Assembly: GCA_963748625.1 (NCBI GenBank)
Contig: CAVVJT010000010.1
Span: 1,216,001 to 1,280,000, forward strand
From: an uncultured Chloroflexia bacterium
Lineage (GTDB): Bacteria; Chloroflexota; Limnocylindria; Limnocylindrales; CSP1-4
Reading direction: 5' to 3'
DNA: 64,000 nt
Program-made: the position numbers and the translations under genes
The notes under the pieces: model-generated
Database searches by the model: none
Seen by the model: only the letters and a program-made list of their open reading frames with translations
What the model was told of the DNA's origin: nothing
Shown here: piece after piece, positions 1 to 9,728 of the stretch
How the letters are laid out: every line of letters starts with the position of its first letter
How positions within the stretch are numbered: the stretch's first letter is position 1

Positions 1-779
1 ATGGTGGGGTGGGAGCCGAGCGCCAGGCCCACCCCGGCGTACAGCTCGAACGGCGCGGGTGCGTCTCCCGCAAAGCGCGAGCCATCCCAGCCGGCCTTGC
101 GCATCAGGGCGTCCACCGCGCGCTCGCTCAGGAGCCACATCCCGGTATCCACCAGGTACACGTGGTCGTCCGAGAGGTCGGCCAGGTGCTCCGGGTCCGG
201 CTTCTGCAGGAAGAACGCGAGCTCGTCGGGGCGGCTGCGCAGGCTCAGGAAGACCCCGTGGTCCTTGGCCGTCTCCGCCCGGACGGTCATGCCCAGGCCC
301 AGCACGTCGACGTCCGGGAACGGCGGCAGGTCGCGCCCGAAGCGCAGCAGGACATCCCCGGTCGTGACCAGGGCCACGGTGGAGGCGGGGGCGTGCTCCA
401 GGATGCGCCGGTAGTCCGGTGCCTGCAGGTCCAGCAGGGTCTGATCCAGGCGCTGGCCGCGGGACCAGCGGAAGACCGGGATCGGCAGGAGCGTCTTGCC
501 GGCGGGCGCGTAGGCCGGCAGGCGACGACTGTGACCCCCGCCGTGGATCAGCAGCTTGCGGCTCCCGCGCAGCCAGTCCGCGAAGGGCGCGCCGTCACCC
601 GTGGCCCGCCAGGCATCGGCGAACAGGTTGGCGGTGCCGCCGCCGGATCCCAGGCGGGGGCCGGCCGGGTCCGCCGTGGCGAACCATGCCGGGCGCGGGC
701 GTCCGGTGAGGGCTTCGAAGTCCTTGGCCATGCCCGGAGGCAGCGTCAGGAGGTGCTGGACAAGCGGTCGGTCGGGCAT
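1..779 (-). CDS. fkp: Bifunctional L-fucokinase/GDP-L-fucose pyrophosphorylase, N-terminal part (runs off window start)
   Basis: Manual minus-strand translation from ATG at 779: MPDRPLVQHLLTLPP...WFATADPAGPRLGSGGGT...LLIHGGGHSRRLPAYAPAGKTLLPIPVFRWSRGQRLDQTLLDLQ...HGVF...FFLQKP...DTGMWLLS, closely resembling the Bacteroides Fkp N-terminus. Not in the ORF track because it is partial. Confidence 0.85.
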   Translation of the reverse strand, partial: MPDRPLVQHLLTLPPGMAKDFEALTGRPRPAWFATADPAGPRLGSGGGTANLFADAWRATGDGAPFADWLRGSRKLLIHGGGHSRRLPAYAPAGKTLLPIPVFRWSRGQRLDQTLLDLQAPDYRRILEHAPASTVALVTTGDVLLRFGRDLPPFPDVDVLGLGMTVRAETAKDHGVFLSLRSRPDELAFFLQKPDPEHLADLSDDHVYLVDTGMWLLSERAVDALMRKAGWDGSRFAGDAPAPFELYAGVGLALGSHPT

Positions 780-1179
780 CGCTCGGGGGCAGGGGGTGGC
801 AGACGATCGGTCCGGCCAGTGTCTCACGCGGAGGGCGCCCCGGGCGGCCAGATCGGCCACCGGAGCGCGACGTGCGCGGCCACCTCCCTGCTGCACGTCC
901 GAGGCCCCATTTCGGGGGACGCATGGCACTTCAGGGTACCGAGTCCTTACAGGCACCCTGACAACCGTCAATGCTCATCTGGGCGCCGCCGGTCGGCAGC
1001 CACCAGATCCTCGAAGGCTGTCGGGCCCGCCGGGCCCGCGCCGAAGTCCCCGCGGTCCAGCGAGCGCAGCTTCGCGCGGGCTGGGTGCGATCCGCGTCCC
1101 CCCCGGCCCCGTCGCAGCGCGCACGGACGCATCGCGTATGCCGGCCAATGACAGGTGCCCCTTGCACAGGGGGTGGGGA

Positions 1180-2607
1180 ATGTCCAAGCGGGTGATCATC
1201 ATCGTGACGGCGCTGGCCGTCACAGTGGCCGTGCCGGCTGCTTGCGGGGCCGGATCCGCGAAGCCTGTCAAGAACGTCATCGTCATGATCGACGACGGGG
1301 CGGGCTACAACCAGCACGAGGCCGGCAGCCTCTACGACACAGGCTCGGTGGACGGCGAGGTCTACAACGCGTTCCCCTACACATCCGCCGTGTCGACCTA
1401 CTCCTATGGGGACGTGGCACCCGGGGAGTGCGCCGACCTCAACACGTACGATCCGCAGGCCGCCTGGGCAACGTTCGCCTGGGTCCTCGACGATCCAACC
1501 GATTCCGCGGCTGCCGCCACGGCGATGGCGACCGGCATCAAGACGTACGACGCTGCGATCGGGGTCGACTGCGCCGGCCAACCCGTGGAGAACGTGGTCG
1601 AGGCGGCGGAGAAGCTGGGCAAGGCAACGGGTGTCGTCACGACGGTCCCGTTCAGCCACGCCACTCCGGCCGGGTTCGTCGCCCACGAAACCCAGCGGGA
1701 CGAATTCGAGAAGATCGCCGTGGACATGATCCGCGACTCGGCGACCGACGTGATCATGGGCGGAGGCCACCCGTACTTCAGCCAGTCTGGCGCGCCGGTC
1801 GAGAAGCCGGGCTACAAGTTCATCGGCGAGAGCGAGTACGCCGACCTCAAGGCCGGGGTCGCCGGTGCTGACGCGGACGGGGACGGAACCCCTGACCCGT
1901 TCACGCTGATCGAGACCCAGGAGGCGTTCAAGGCTCTTGCGGCCGGCGACACGCCGAAGCGCGTGTTCGGCCTGGCGCCCGTGCGCCGGACACTGCAGGA
2001 GGATCGCGCGTCGCTCGACACGACCTGGCAGCCCTACGAGAAGGAGACGATCACGACCACCCCGGCCCTCGCCGAGATGGTGAACGGGGCCCTGAACGTG
2101 CTCGACAACGACCCCGATGGCTTCTTCGTGATGATCGAAGGCGGCGCCACCGACTGGGCCGCCCACGACAGCCAGCTCGGCCTGCTGATCGAGGAGGAGC
2201 TCGCGTTCGACCGTGCGGTGGACGCGGTGGTCTCCTGGGTCGACACGCACAGCTCCTGGAACGACACCATGCTGGTCGTCACGTCCGACCACGAGACCGG
2301 TCTCCTCAACGGGCCAGACTCCGGCGTGGTCGCCGACAGTCCGGTCTGGAACCCGCTTGTGTCCAATGGCAAGGGCACGATGCCCGACGGCGACTGGCAC
2401 ACGGTCGGCCACACCAACAGCCTCGTCCCGATCTGGGTGCAGGGCGAGCCGGGGAAGCTGCTCTCGTCCTACGTGGACGGCACGGACCCCAAACGCGGCG
2501 CCTACATCGACAACACCGACATCCACAGCCTGATCCTCGCGGCGCTCGGAGCGCCCACCCAGCCGGAAGCCAGCCCAGGCACCACTGGTCCCAGCGCGAC
2601 CGACTGA
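1180..2607 (+). CDS. phoA: Alkaline phosphatase, probable lipoprotein
   Basis: Signal peptide ending PAAC; KNVIVMIDDG; catalytic TDSAAAATAMATG; HATPA; MIEGGATDWAAH; TSDHETG. Confidence 0.9.
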   Translation: MSKRVIIIVTALAVTVAVPAACGAGSAKPVKNVIVMIDDGAGYNQHEAGSLYDTGSVDGEVYNAFPYTSAVSTYSYGDVAPGECADLNTYDPQAAWATFAWVLDDPTDSAAAATAMATGIKTYDAAIGVDCAGQPVENVVEAAEKLGKATGVVTTVPFSHATPAGFVAHETQRDEFEKIAVDMIRDSATDVIMGGGHPYFSQSGAPVEKPGYKFIGESEYADLKAGVAGADADGDGTPDPFTLIETQEAFKALAAGDTPKRVFGLAPVRRTLQEDRASLDTTWQPYEKETITTTPALAEMVNGALNVLDNDPDGFFVMIEGGATDWAAHDSQLGLLIEEELAFDRAVDAVVSWVDTHSSWNDTMLVVTSDHETGLLNGPDSGVVADSPVWNPLVSNGKGTMPDGDWHTVGHTNSLVPIWVQGEPGKLLSSYVDGTDPKRGAYIDNTDIHSLILAALGAPTQPEASPGTTGPSATD

Positions 2608-2681
2608 CGTCCGGCCGCCAACGGGCGGACGTCCCCCGGCCTCGACTGGCATCATCGGCGGATGCCAGTGGGAGCCTGATC

Positions 2682-4064
2682 ATGTCCATGCTCGTGACCG
2701 GCCGGATCATGCAGACGCCGGCACCCTCGGACCTCGAGGTGCTGGACGCTGCGATCCTCGTTCGGGACGATGGCGTCATCGATGCGGTGGAGCCCGCCGG
2801 ATCCGAGGCGGCCGCCCGGCTCGCGATGGAGCCCGGCGTCCGTGTCGTGGCCACGCCGGCCAGGTCGGTGCTCCTGCCGGGCATGGTTGACCTGCACGTC
2901 CACGCCCCGCAGTGGCCCCAGCTGGGCACCGGCCTTGACCTGCCGCTCGAGGACTGGCTCTTCGCCTACACGTTCCCGCTGGAGGCCCGGTTCGCGGACC
3001 TGGCGTTTGCGCGGCCCGTCTGGGCCGATCTCGTGGACGGGCTGCTGGCGCACGGCACGACGACGGCCGTGTACTACGCGACGGTGGACGTCGACGCCAC
3101 CACGGCGCTCGCGGAGGCGGCGCTTGCCGCCGGGCAGCGGGCATACGTGGGGCGGGTGGCGATGGACGCGCCCGACGGGACGCCCGAGTGGTACCGGGAT
3201 GCGTCGGCTGCCGCGGGCGTGGAGGCGTCGCGCGTGTCCATCGAGGCGGTTCGTGCGCTCGCGGACGGTGCGCACCCCTCCCGGGCCGGGTCGATCCCCC
3301 TCGTCCAGCCGATCATCACGCCGCGCTTCACGCCCGCGTGCACGGACGAGCTGCTCGCGGGTCTGGGCGCGCTGGCCGCCACCGAGGGGGCGCTGGTTCA
3401 GACGCACGTGTCCGAATCGGACTGGGCACACGGCCATGCGCTGGCCCGCTTCGGCGTCACGGACACCGTCGCCCTCGACCGGGCGGGGCTCCTGCGTCCG
3501 GGCACGGTCCTGGCGCACGCGAACTTCGTGACCGACACCGACGCCGCGGTCCTCGTCGAACGGGGCGCGGGCATCGCCCACTGTCCGCTGTCCAACGCCT
3601 ACTTCGCGAATGCCGTGCTCCCCGTGCGGCGCCTGGTGGACGCCGGCGTCCGGGTCGGCCTGGGGACGGATGTCTCGGGCGGAGCCTCGCCCTCGCTGCT
3701 GCACGCGGCACACGAGGCGGTGACGGTGTCGCGGATGCTCGCCGACGGCGTGGACCGTGCGCTGCCGGCCGCAGACCGGGGCGTCGCCGGGTCCGCGTTG
3801 GACACGACCTACGCGTTCTGGATGGCCACCGCCGGCGGCGCGGCGGTGCTGGGCGCGCCGGTGGGGCTGCTGGAGCCCGGGCGCCGGTTCGACGCCGTGC
3901 TCGTCGACACGACCTCGCGGCGCGGCTCCCTCCGGGTCTTCGACGGGCTGGACACGCCCGAGCGCACGTTCGAGAAGGTGGTCCGGCTGGCGGGCCCGTC
4001 CGACATCACCGCCGTCTGGGTGGACGGGCGCCAGGTGGTCGGGGGCGTCGGGATCGTCGGGTAG
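2682..4064 (+). CDS. guaD: Guanine deaminase (amidohydrolase family)
   Basis: PGMVDLHVHAPQW, ITPRFTPACT, QTHVSES, HCPLSNAYF, GLGTDVSGG. Confidence 0.88.
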   Translation: MSMLVTGRIMQTPAPSDLEVLDAAILVRDDGVIDAVEPAGSEAAARLAMEPGVRVVATPARSVLLPGMVDLHVHAPQWPQLGTGLDLPLEDWLFAYTFPLEARFADLAFARPVWADLVDGLLAHGTTTAVYYATVDVDATTALAEAALAAGQRAYVGRVAMDAPDGTPEWYRDASAAAGVEASRVSIEAVRALADGAHPSRAGSIPLVQPIITPRFTPACTDELLAGLGALAATEGALVQTHVSESDWAHGHALARFGVTDTVALDRAGLLRPGTVLAHANFVTDTDAAVLVERGAGIAHCPLSNAYFANAVLPVRRLVDAGVRVGLGTDVSGGASPSLLHAAHEAVTVSRMLADGVDRALPAADRGVAGSALDTTYAFWMATAGGAAVLGAPVGLLEPGRRFDAVLVDTTSRRGSLRVFDGLDTPERTFEKVVRLAGPSDITAVWVDGRQVVGGVGIVG

Positions 4065-4089
4065 AACGGCTTCGAGAACCCCCAGAAAC

Positions 4090-4123
4090 GCGGAAGGGCC
4101 CCGGCGAACCGGGGCCCTTCCGC
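4090..4123. terminator. Hairpin between convergent guaD and htrA (likely bidirectional terminator)
   Basis: Perfect 15-bp inverted repeat GCGGAAGGGCCCCGG-cgaa-CCGGGGCCCTTCCGC. Confidence 0.75.
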
Positions 4124-4143
4124 TGGAACGGGAACCAGGAGGA

Positions 4144-5841
4144 TCAGAGGCTGGCGGGGCGGGTCCCCAGCGTCACCTCGAGCGTGATCGTCTGACCGGC
4201 CCGCAGGACGCTGAGCGCGGCCTTGTCGCCGGGGGCGAGCTGGCTGAGCGCGTAGTCGAGCGGGTAGCTGCTCTCGATCGTGGTGCCGTTGAGCGCGGTG
4301 ATCACGTCACCGGCCTGCAGGCCCGCGGCCTCGGCCGGGGACCCGGCGACGATGACCTCGAGGTCGGCCTGGGTGGGGATCTGCTGGCCCTGGCCGCCGA
4401 ACGGGTCGTTGGGGTCGATGCCCTCGCCGCCCTGGCCCGTGATGCCCTGGCCGGCGCCGGCCATCGCCTGCGCGTCCGGGATCCAGGCGCCGGCATCGGC
4501 CGTGAGGCCCAGCTGCTGCTTGAGGTCCGGCGTGATCATCTCGAACCGGATGCCCAGCCAGGGGCGGGCAAGCGCCTGGCCGGCCGAGGCCTGGCCGAGC
4601 AGCGGGCGGGCGATATTGATCGGGATCGAGAAGCCGATGCCCTGGCTGTCGCCGGCGACCGCGGTGTTGATGCCGATGACCTCGCCCTTGATGTTGAGGA
4701 GCGGGCCCCCGCTGTTGCCGGGGTTGATGGCGGTGTCGGTCTGGATCAGGTTGCTGATCGAGCTCCCGTCCTCCACCTGGATGCTGCGGTGCAGCGCGGA
4801 CACGATGCCGCTGGTGACGGAGTCCGTGAACTCGCCGAGCGGGCTGCCGATGGCGATCGCCTGCTGGCCAACCTCGATCGTGTTCGAGTCGCCGATGCGG
4901 GCGGCGGGCAGGCCGGACTCGTCGACCTTGACGATCGCGAGGTCGGTCATGGTGTCGATGCCGTAGATCTCGGCGTCGATGGTGCGGCCATCCTTGAGGG
5001 TGACGGTGAGCTTGGACGGATTGCCCGAGACGACGTGCCGGTTGGTGAGGATGAGGCCGTTAGCGTCGAAGATGACGCCGGAGCCCTTGGCGGTGCCGCC
5101 GCTCTGCTGGCCGAACATGTCGGTGCTGCTGACGCCCTCGGCGGTGATCGTCACCACAGCCGGGCTGACGGCCTTGACGACGTCGGTCAGGTCGCCGGTG
5201 GTGACGGCCGGGGTGTCGTTGGCGGGCGTGTCGTTGGCGGGGGCCTGCGTCGGGGCCGGAGCCTGTGTCGGGGCCGACGTGGCCGGGGCCTGGGCCTGGG
5301 CGGGCTGCTCGACGCCGGCGGCCGGCTTCTGGTCGGTGCCGTTGTTGGCAGCGCTCGCCGCAAGGTAGGTGCCGCCCGAGGTGATGATCGCGGTGCCGAG
5401 CATCGCGGCCACCAGGGTGCCCACGCCGATGCCGCCGCTCTTCCGCGCGGCGGAGGGGGCCGGGGTTGCAGGCGGGGCGGGGGTCGCGGGGACGCCGGGG
5501 GCGGCCGACCAGGACGGGGCCGGGGCGGCGGGCGCTGCCCAGCCCTGCTGGGGCTGCGGGGCGGCGGGCTGGGCCCAGGGCTCGGGGCTGGCGAACGCCG
5601 GCGGGGCGTACGCCGGCGGAGCGTACGCGGGCGGCGGCACCGGGGCGCCGGGCTGCTGGGGCTGCGGAACGGGCCCCGCGGCGGGCGCCCCGTACACGGG
5701 AGCGCCGTAGGCAGGCGCGCCTGCTCCATAGGCGGGCGTGCCGGTAGGCGGCGTGAAGGCCGTCTGGGTCTCGTCAGTTGCGGGGGAGGGAGCCCACGCC
5801 GGCGGCACGGAGCCGGGCGTGCGGTTGATCGGGTCGGTCAT
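4144..5841 (-). CDS. htrA: HtrA/DegP-family serine protease with Pro-rich N-terminus, TM helix and PDZ domain
   Basis: GSGVI, LTNRHVV, TDLAIVKV, IQTDTAINPGNSGGPL, C-terminal PDZ (GSPAEAAGLQAGDVI). Confidence 0.92.
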   Translation of the reverse strand: MTDPINRTPGSVPPAWAPSPATDETQTAFTPPTGTPAYGAGAPAYGAPVYGAPAAGPVPQPQQPGAPVPPPAYAPPAYAPPAFASPEPWAQPAAPQPQQGWAAPAAPAPSWSAAPGVPATPAPPATPAPSAARKSGGIGVGTLVAAMLGTAIITSGGTYLAASAANNGTDQKPAAGVEQPAQAQAPATSAPTQAPAPTQAPANDTPANDTPAVTTGDLTDVVKAVSPAVVTITAEGVSSTDMFGQQSGGTAKGSGVIFDANGLILTNRHVVSGNPSKLTVTLKDGRTIDAEIYGIDTMTDLAIVKVDESGLPAARIGDSNTIEVGQQAIAIGSPLGEFTDSVTSGIVSALHRSIQVEDGSSISNLIQTDTAINPGNSGGPLLNIKGEVIGINTAVAGDSQGIGFSIPINIARPLLGQASAGQALARPWLGIRFEMITPDLKQQLGLTADAGAWIPDAQAMAGAGQGITGQGGEGIDPNDPFGGQGQQIPTQADLEVIVAGSPAEAAGLQAGDVITALNGTTIESSYPLDYALSQLAPGDKAALSVLRAGQTITLEVTLGTRPASL

Positions 5842-6002
5842 CTGGTTCCTTCGGTCCGGGCACTAGTGCATGGAACGGGTTCCCGGGTCTGGACCGAGAT
5901 TGCCGCCCGACCATTGGGCTTTCCTGAGACGAAGGTGAAGGTTCCTTGACCTGGCGCCCGCACATCGTTGCGGCGCCTTCACGAATCGCGGGCACCTGAG
6001 CG

Positions 6003-6397
6003 CTACACCGGCGTCGAAGGAGCCTCCACAGCGTCCGCGACCTCGCAGATGCCGACCGGGATGGGCTGGGCCGCTGCCGCCTTCTCCGCGTCGAGCTGGG
6101 CCTTGATCTCCGGGTAGGTGTCCCCCAGGCAGCACGAGCAGCTCTCGTACCATCGGCGCATGCCCTCGTCGATCACCGGGAGGCCTTGCTCCCCGGTGGA
6201 CGCGGCGGGCGCGGCGGCGGCGGCTTGGGCGACGTACTCGGCGGGCTCTCCGTGAAGGCGCGCTTGCAGCCCTGCCGGCAGAAGGCGTAGGTGCGGCCGT
6301 CGAGCTCGACGAGCAGGCCGGCGGCCTCCGCGGTGGCAACGTCGACGGTCATGCCGCAGACGGGATCGATCAGCTTCTCGGGACGCTCGGACTGCAT
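6003..6397 (-). pseudogene. YHS-domain protein with C-terminal CSCC motif, interrupted by a 1-nt frameshift near 6248
   Basis: DPVCGMTVD...TYAFCRQGCKRAF in one frame continues as PAEYVAQ...IDEGMRRWYESCSCCLGDTYPEIK...GICEVA to TAG at 6003 in another; span 395 nt = 3n+2. Confidence 0.7.
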
Positions 6398-6424
6398 CGG
6401 GGATCTCCGTCTCCCTGGAACCGG

Positions 6425-6877
6425 CTACTGGATGGTGACGGTGGCCTTCATCCCGGCGGCATAGTGGCCGATGACATGGCAGCCGGCCAGCGTGGTGCCG
6501 GGCTCGTCGAACGTCATGACCAGCTCCTTGGTCTGGCCAGGTTCGACGCCGATCGCGTTGGGCTCGTCCTTCGCCATCGTCATGCCGCCGGCCTCCGCCA
6601 TCTCCGCCTCGTGCTCGGCCTGGACCTCCTCGTCGCCGATGACGAACTCGTGGAGGACGGCGCCGGTGTTCGTGACGACGAACGTGACCGGGACGCCGGC
6701 GGGGACGGTCATCGTGGCGGGCTCGACCTTGAGCTTGTCGCTGAGGGTCACCTCCACGCGGACGGGGCCCGAAGGCTCGGACGGGGCTGTGGTGGCGGCT
6801 CCGGTTGCGGTGCCGGACCCGCCGCAGGCGGCGAGCACGAGGGAGGCGACGGCAAGGACGCTGAAGAGACGGCGCAT
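6425..6877 (-). CDS. Cupredoxin/CopI-like copper-binding lipoprotein
   Basis: Lipobox LAAC; VTNTGAVLHEFVIG, His/Met segment AEHEAEMAEAGGMTM, type-1 Cu site CHVIGHYAAGM. Confidence 0.85.
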   Translation of the reverse strand: MRRLFSVLAVASLVLAACGGSGTATGAATTAPSEPSGPVRVEVTLSDKLKVEPATMTVPAGVPVTFVVTNTGAVLHEFVIGDEEVQAEHEAEMAEAGGMTMAKDEPNAIGVEPGQTKELVMTFDEPGTTLAGCHVIGHYAAGMKATVTIQ

Positions 6878-6924
6878 GGGGGCTCCTTGGGGGCGGTCGG
6901 GAGGATCGAAGCGGCCTGCGCGGC

Positions 6925-8469
6925 TCAGCCGGCGGGCGGCTCCACGATCGTGATCTGGCCGCCGTACATGCCCATCGAGCACGCGTAGGCGAGGGTTCCG
7001 GCCGGCAGGGCGGGCAGGTCGATCTCGTTGGATCCCTTGTGGAGGGTCACCTGGATGCCCAGCTCGGGAACGACCAGGAAGGTCGCGCAGCTGCGGGCGT
7101 CGAGCGATTCGATCGTCCATTTCGTGGGGATCCCGGCCTGGATCGCGACGTTGCCCGGGCTGTAGCCGTCAAGGTCCTGGTACGTGGTGAGCTGCTGGAC
7201 CCCACCCTCGGGGGCGGGCTGGGTTGCGCCTCCGCCCACGACCGCCTGCACTGGCTCGGGACCGGGGAGGCTGATGCCCGCAAGTCGAAGTCCGGCGCTC
7301 GCGTTGACCAGCGCGAACACGATCACCACCACGCCCGCAAGGCGCAGGAGCGTCGGCTTGAAGCCGGCGGGCACCACGAGCGGCAGGCCGGCGAGCGCGA
7401 GGAGGCCGGGGGCGGTGCCGATGGCGAAGACGGCCATGATGGCGCCCGCGTAGACCGGCGAGCCGGTGGACAGCGCGAAGACCTGGACGGCCTGGGTGAA
7501 GCCGCAAGGCAGGAAGAACGAGGCAGCGCCGAGCAGGGCCGCACGCCCGTCGGAGTACGGGTTGTCAGCGGTTGAATCAAGGCCCAGGGTGCGGGCGACG
7601 CCCATCGGCAGGGTCGGCGACCAGGCGGCGAGCCTGGGTGAGAGGCCGGTGAGTCGCGCGCCCAGCAGCGTCATCAGGACCGCGACCGCGATCATCAGGA
7701 CCGCGGTCATCTGGGGCGGCATCGCGACGGTGGCACCGAGCGCACCGAGCGCCGCACCGAGGATCGCGTAGCCCGCCACGCGGCCGGCGAGGAAGGCGAA
7801 GGCGGGGCGCAGGCGAGAGCCGAGACCGGCGTTCGGGCGGGCCGTGGGGCGCGCGGCGAACGCAGCGGTAAGGGCGAGCAGGAGGCCGCCGACCAGCGCC
7901 ATGCAGGTGGAGACGCCCGCGGTCAGACCGAGGAGGAGAGCCACGAGCAGCCCGCCCGACGCGAGGTCGCCTGTGCCCGCGGCGAGGTCGGCGAGGCCGG
8001 TCACCTTCGCGATGACCGCGACCGCGGCGACAAGGGCGGCACCCGCCGCGGCGGTCAGCCACACGCGGTGGTCCCGCTCCAGCCAGGGCGTCCGGCCGAT
8101 CGCGTAGCCGGCGTCGTGGAGGGCGTCCTCGACCAGGTCCTGCGGGATGGGCGTCTCGCTCTCGATCACGACGCGGCCGTGGACGGCGGAGGCGGTGGCG
8201 CGCACAACGCCCGGGATCTTGCCCACGTGCCGCCCGATCCGGACCTCGCACGCCCGGCAGGTCATGCCGGCGACGGGCACGGTAGTGGTCAGCAGCGCGC
8301 CGGCAGCGGGCGCGGGGCCGACGGGGGTGGCCACGTCCGAGGTGGTGGCCACGGACGCAGTGGTGGTGGCGCGACGGCCTTGCCGTGCAGCGCGCCGCTC
8401 GAGCGCCGCCCGATGCAGGTCCTCCGACGGGACGATCGATGGCTGCGGGGCGGCGCTGCGGCGGGACAT
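6925..8469 (-). CDS. HMA + DsbD_2/TauE-like membrane domain + C-terminal cupredoxin fusion protein
   Basis: GMTCRACE (HMA), STCMALVGG and FFLPCGFTQ (membrane thiol pair), YACSMGMY (cupredoxin). Confidence 0.85.
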   Translation of the reverse strand: MSRRSAAPQPSIVPSEDLHRAALERRAARQGRRATTTASVATTSDVATPVGPAPAAGALLTTTVPVAGMTCRACEVRIGRHVGKIPGVVRATASAVHGRVVIESETPIPQDLVEDALHDAGYAIGRTPWLERDHRVWLTAAAGAALVAAVAVIAKVTGLADLAAGTGDLASGGLLVALLLGLTAGVSTCMALVGGLLLALTAAFAARPTARPNAGLGSRLRPAFAFLAGRVAGYAILGAALGALGATVAMPPQMTAVLMIAVAVLMTLLGARLTGLSPRLAAWSPTLPMGVARTLGLDSTADNPYSDGRAALLGAASFFLPCGFTQAVQVFALSTGSPVYAGAIMAVFAIGTAPGLLALAGLPLVVPAGFKPTLLRLAGVVVIVFALVNASAGLRLAGISLPGPEPVQAVVGGGATQPAPEGGVQQLTTYQDLDGYSPGNVAIQAGIPTKWTIESLDARSCATFLVVPELGIQVTLHKGSNEIDLPALPAGTLAYACSMGMYGGQITIVEPPAG

Positions 8470-8555
8470 CGGGACGCTTGCTCCTGGGGGACGCAGGGAC
8501 GAGGAACGTTGATGACAGGTTCGCGTGTACGGGACCCTGGGGCCATGGAGCAGGC

Positions 8556-8582
8556 CACAAGCGTTCCTCAAGGTTGGCTCAA
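8556..8582 (-). promoter_or_regulatory. Putative OmpR-family operator (11-bp-phased direct repeats)
   Basis: CACAA (8556), CTCAA (8567), CTCAA (8578) spaced exactly 11 bp, upstream of the copper operon. Confidence 0.45.
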
Positions 8583-8602
8583 CCCGGAGGCCGGGCGACC
8601 AC

Positions 8603-9697
8603 TCAGGCCGGAGGTGCCGGCAGCTCCAGGTGGAACGTGGCGCCACGGCCGGGCCCGTCGCTCTCGGCCCAGGCTTCGCCGTCCATGGCATCGGCGAGGG
8701 CGCGCACGATGGCGAGGCCGATCCCCGATCCTCCGGCGGCCCGGCTGCGCGCCGCATCCACGCGGTAGAAGCGCTCGAACACGGCGTCCAGCTGCCCGGC
8801 CTCCAGGCCCGGGCCCTCATCGGCCACCGAAAGCCTGGCGTGGCCCGGGGTCGCCACACCGACAACCCGGATCGTGGATCCATCGGGCGCGTGGCGCAGC
8901 GCGTTCGACAGATAGTTCGACACGATCTGCGCGAGCCGGTCCTTGTCAGCGAGCGCGACCAGGGGGTTCGCCGGCAGCTCCACAGCGATCCCGCGCGCGC
9001 CGGCCGCGGCCAGGTACCCCTCCCCCACCTCGCGCGCCACGGCGGCGGCATCCACCTCGTCGATCGCAAGGGGCAGCTGGTTGGCCTCGGCGCGCCACAG
9101 CTCCGAGAGGTCGGCGACCATCCGGTTCAGGCGCGCCGTCTCCGCGCGGAGGAGGTGCCACGTCTGGGCAGACGGCGCCACCACCCCGTCCTCCAGCCCT
9201 TCGAGATAGCCGTCGAGCGTCGTCAGGGGGGTGCGCAGCTCATGGGCCACGTCGCCCACCAGCTGCAGCCGCCGGCGCTCGGTCGCCTCGAGGGAACCTG
9301 CCATCTCGTTGAACGAGACCGCCAGCTCCGCCAGCTCACCGGGATCGGCATCCGGCACGCGCTCGCCATAGTGGCCGGCGGCGATGCGGCGTGCCGCCTC
9401 CGACATCGCGGTGATCGGGCGCGCGATCCGACTTGCGACCAGGACGGCGACAACGCCTGCCGCTACGACCGCCGCCACCCCGGCCGCAAGGAGGGCCTGC
9501 GTCATCGCGGTGTCGAAGGCGGCCTGGGTGGACTCGGCCATCGCATCACCCATCGGGTCGCCCGGCATGTGGCCCATGGCATCCGCGAAGTAGCCGGGTC
9601 CGATGAGCATGACCGCGAAGGCGACGGTCCCGAGGGCGGCCGCCGCAACAACGAGGAATGCGACCAGCAGGCGGGCGCGAAGCGAGCGCAGCCTCAT
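8603..9697 (-). CDS. Sensor histidine kinase (HAMP-HisKA-HATPase, BaeS-like)
   Basis: Two TM helices with Met/His loop AMGHMPGDPMGDAM; DVAHELRTPL; NYLSNALRH; DEGPG; GGSGIGLAI. Confidence 0.92.
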   Translation of the reverse strand: MRLRSLRARLLVAFLVVAAAALGTVAFAVMLIGPGYFADAMGHMPGDPMGDAMAESTQAAFDTAMTQALLAAGVAAVVAAGVVAVLVASRIARPITAMSEAARRIAAGHYGERVPDADPGELAELAVSFNEMAGSLEATERRRLQLVGDVAHELRTPLTTLDGYLEGLEDGVVAPSAQTWHLLRAETARLNRMVADLSELWRAEANQLPLAIDEVDAAAVAREVGEGYLAAAGARGIAVELPANPLVALADKDRLAQIVSNYLSNALRHAPDGSTIRVVGVATPGHARLSVADEGPGLEAGQLDAVFERFYRVDAARSRAAGGSGIGLAIVRALADAMDGEAWAESDGPGRGATFHLELPAPPA

Positions 9698-9728
9698 GGG
9701 AGGACCCGCCTCACTCGCGCACGTCTCC

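Noticed and set aside
5900-5950. MprA-like TCTCAG box upstream of htrA
   Set aside because: Only one good half-site.
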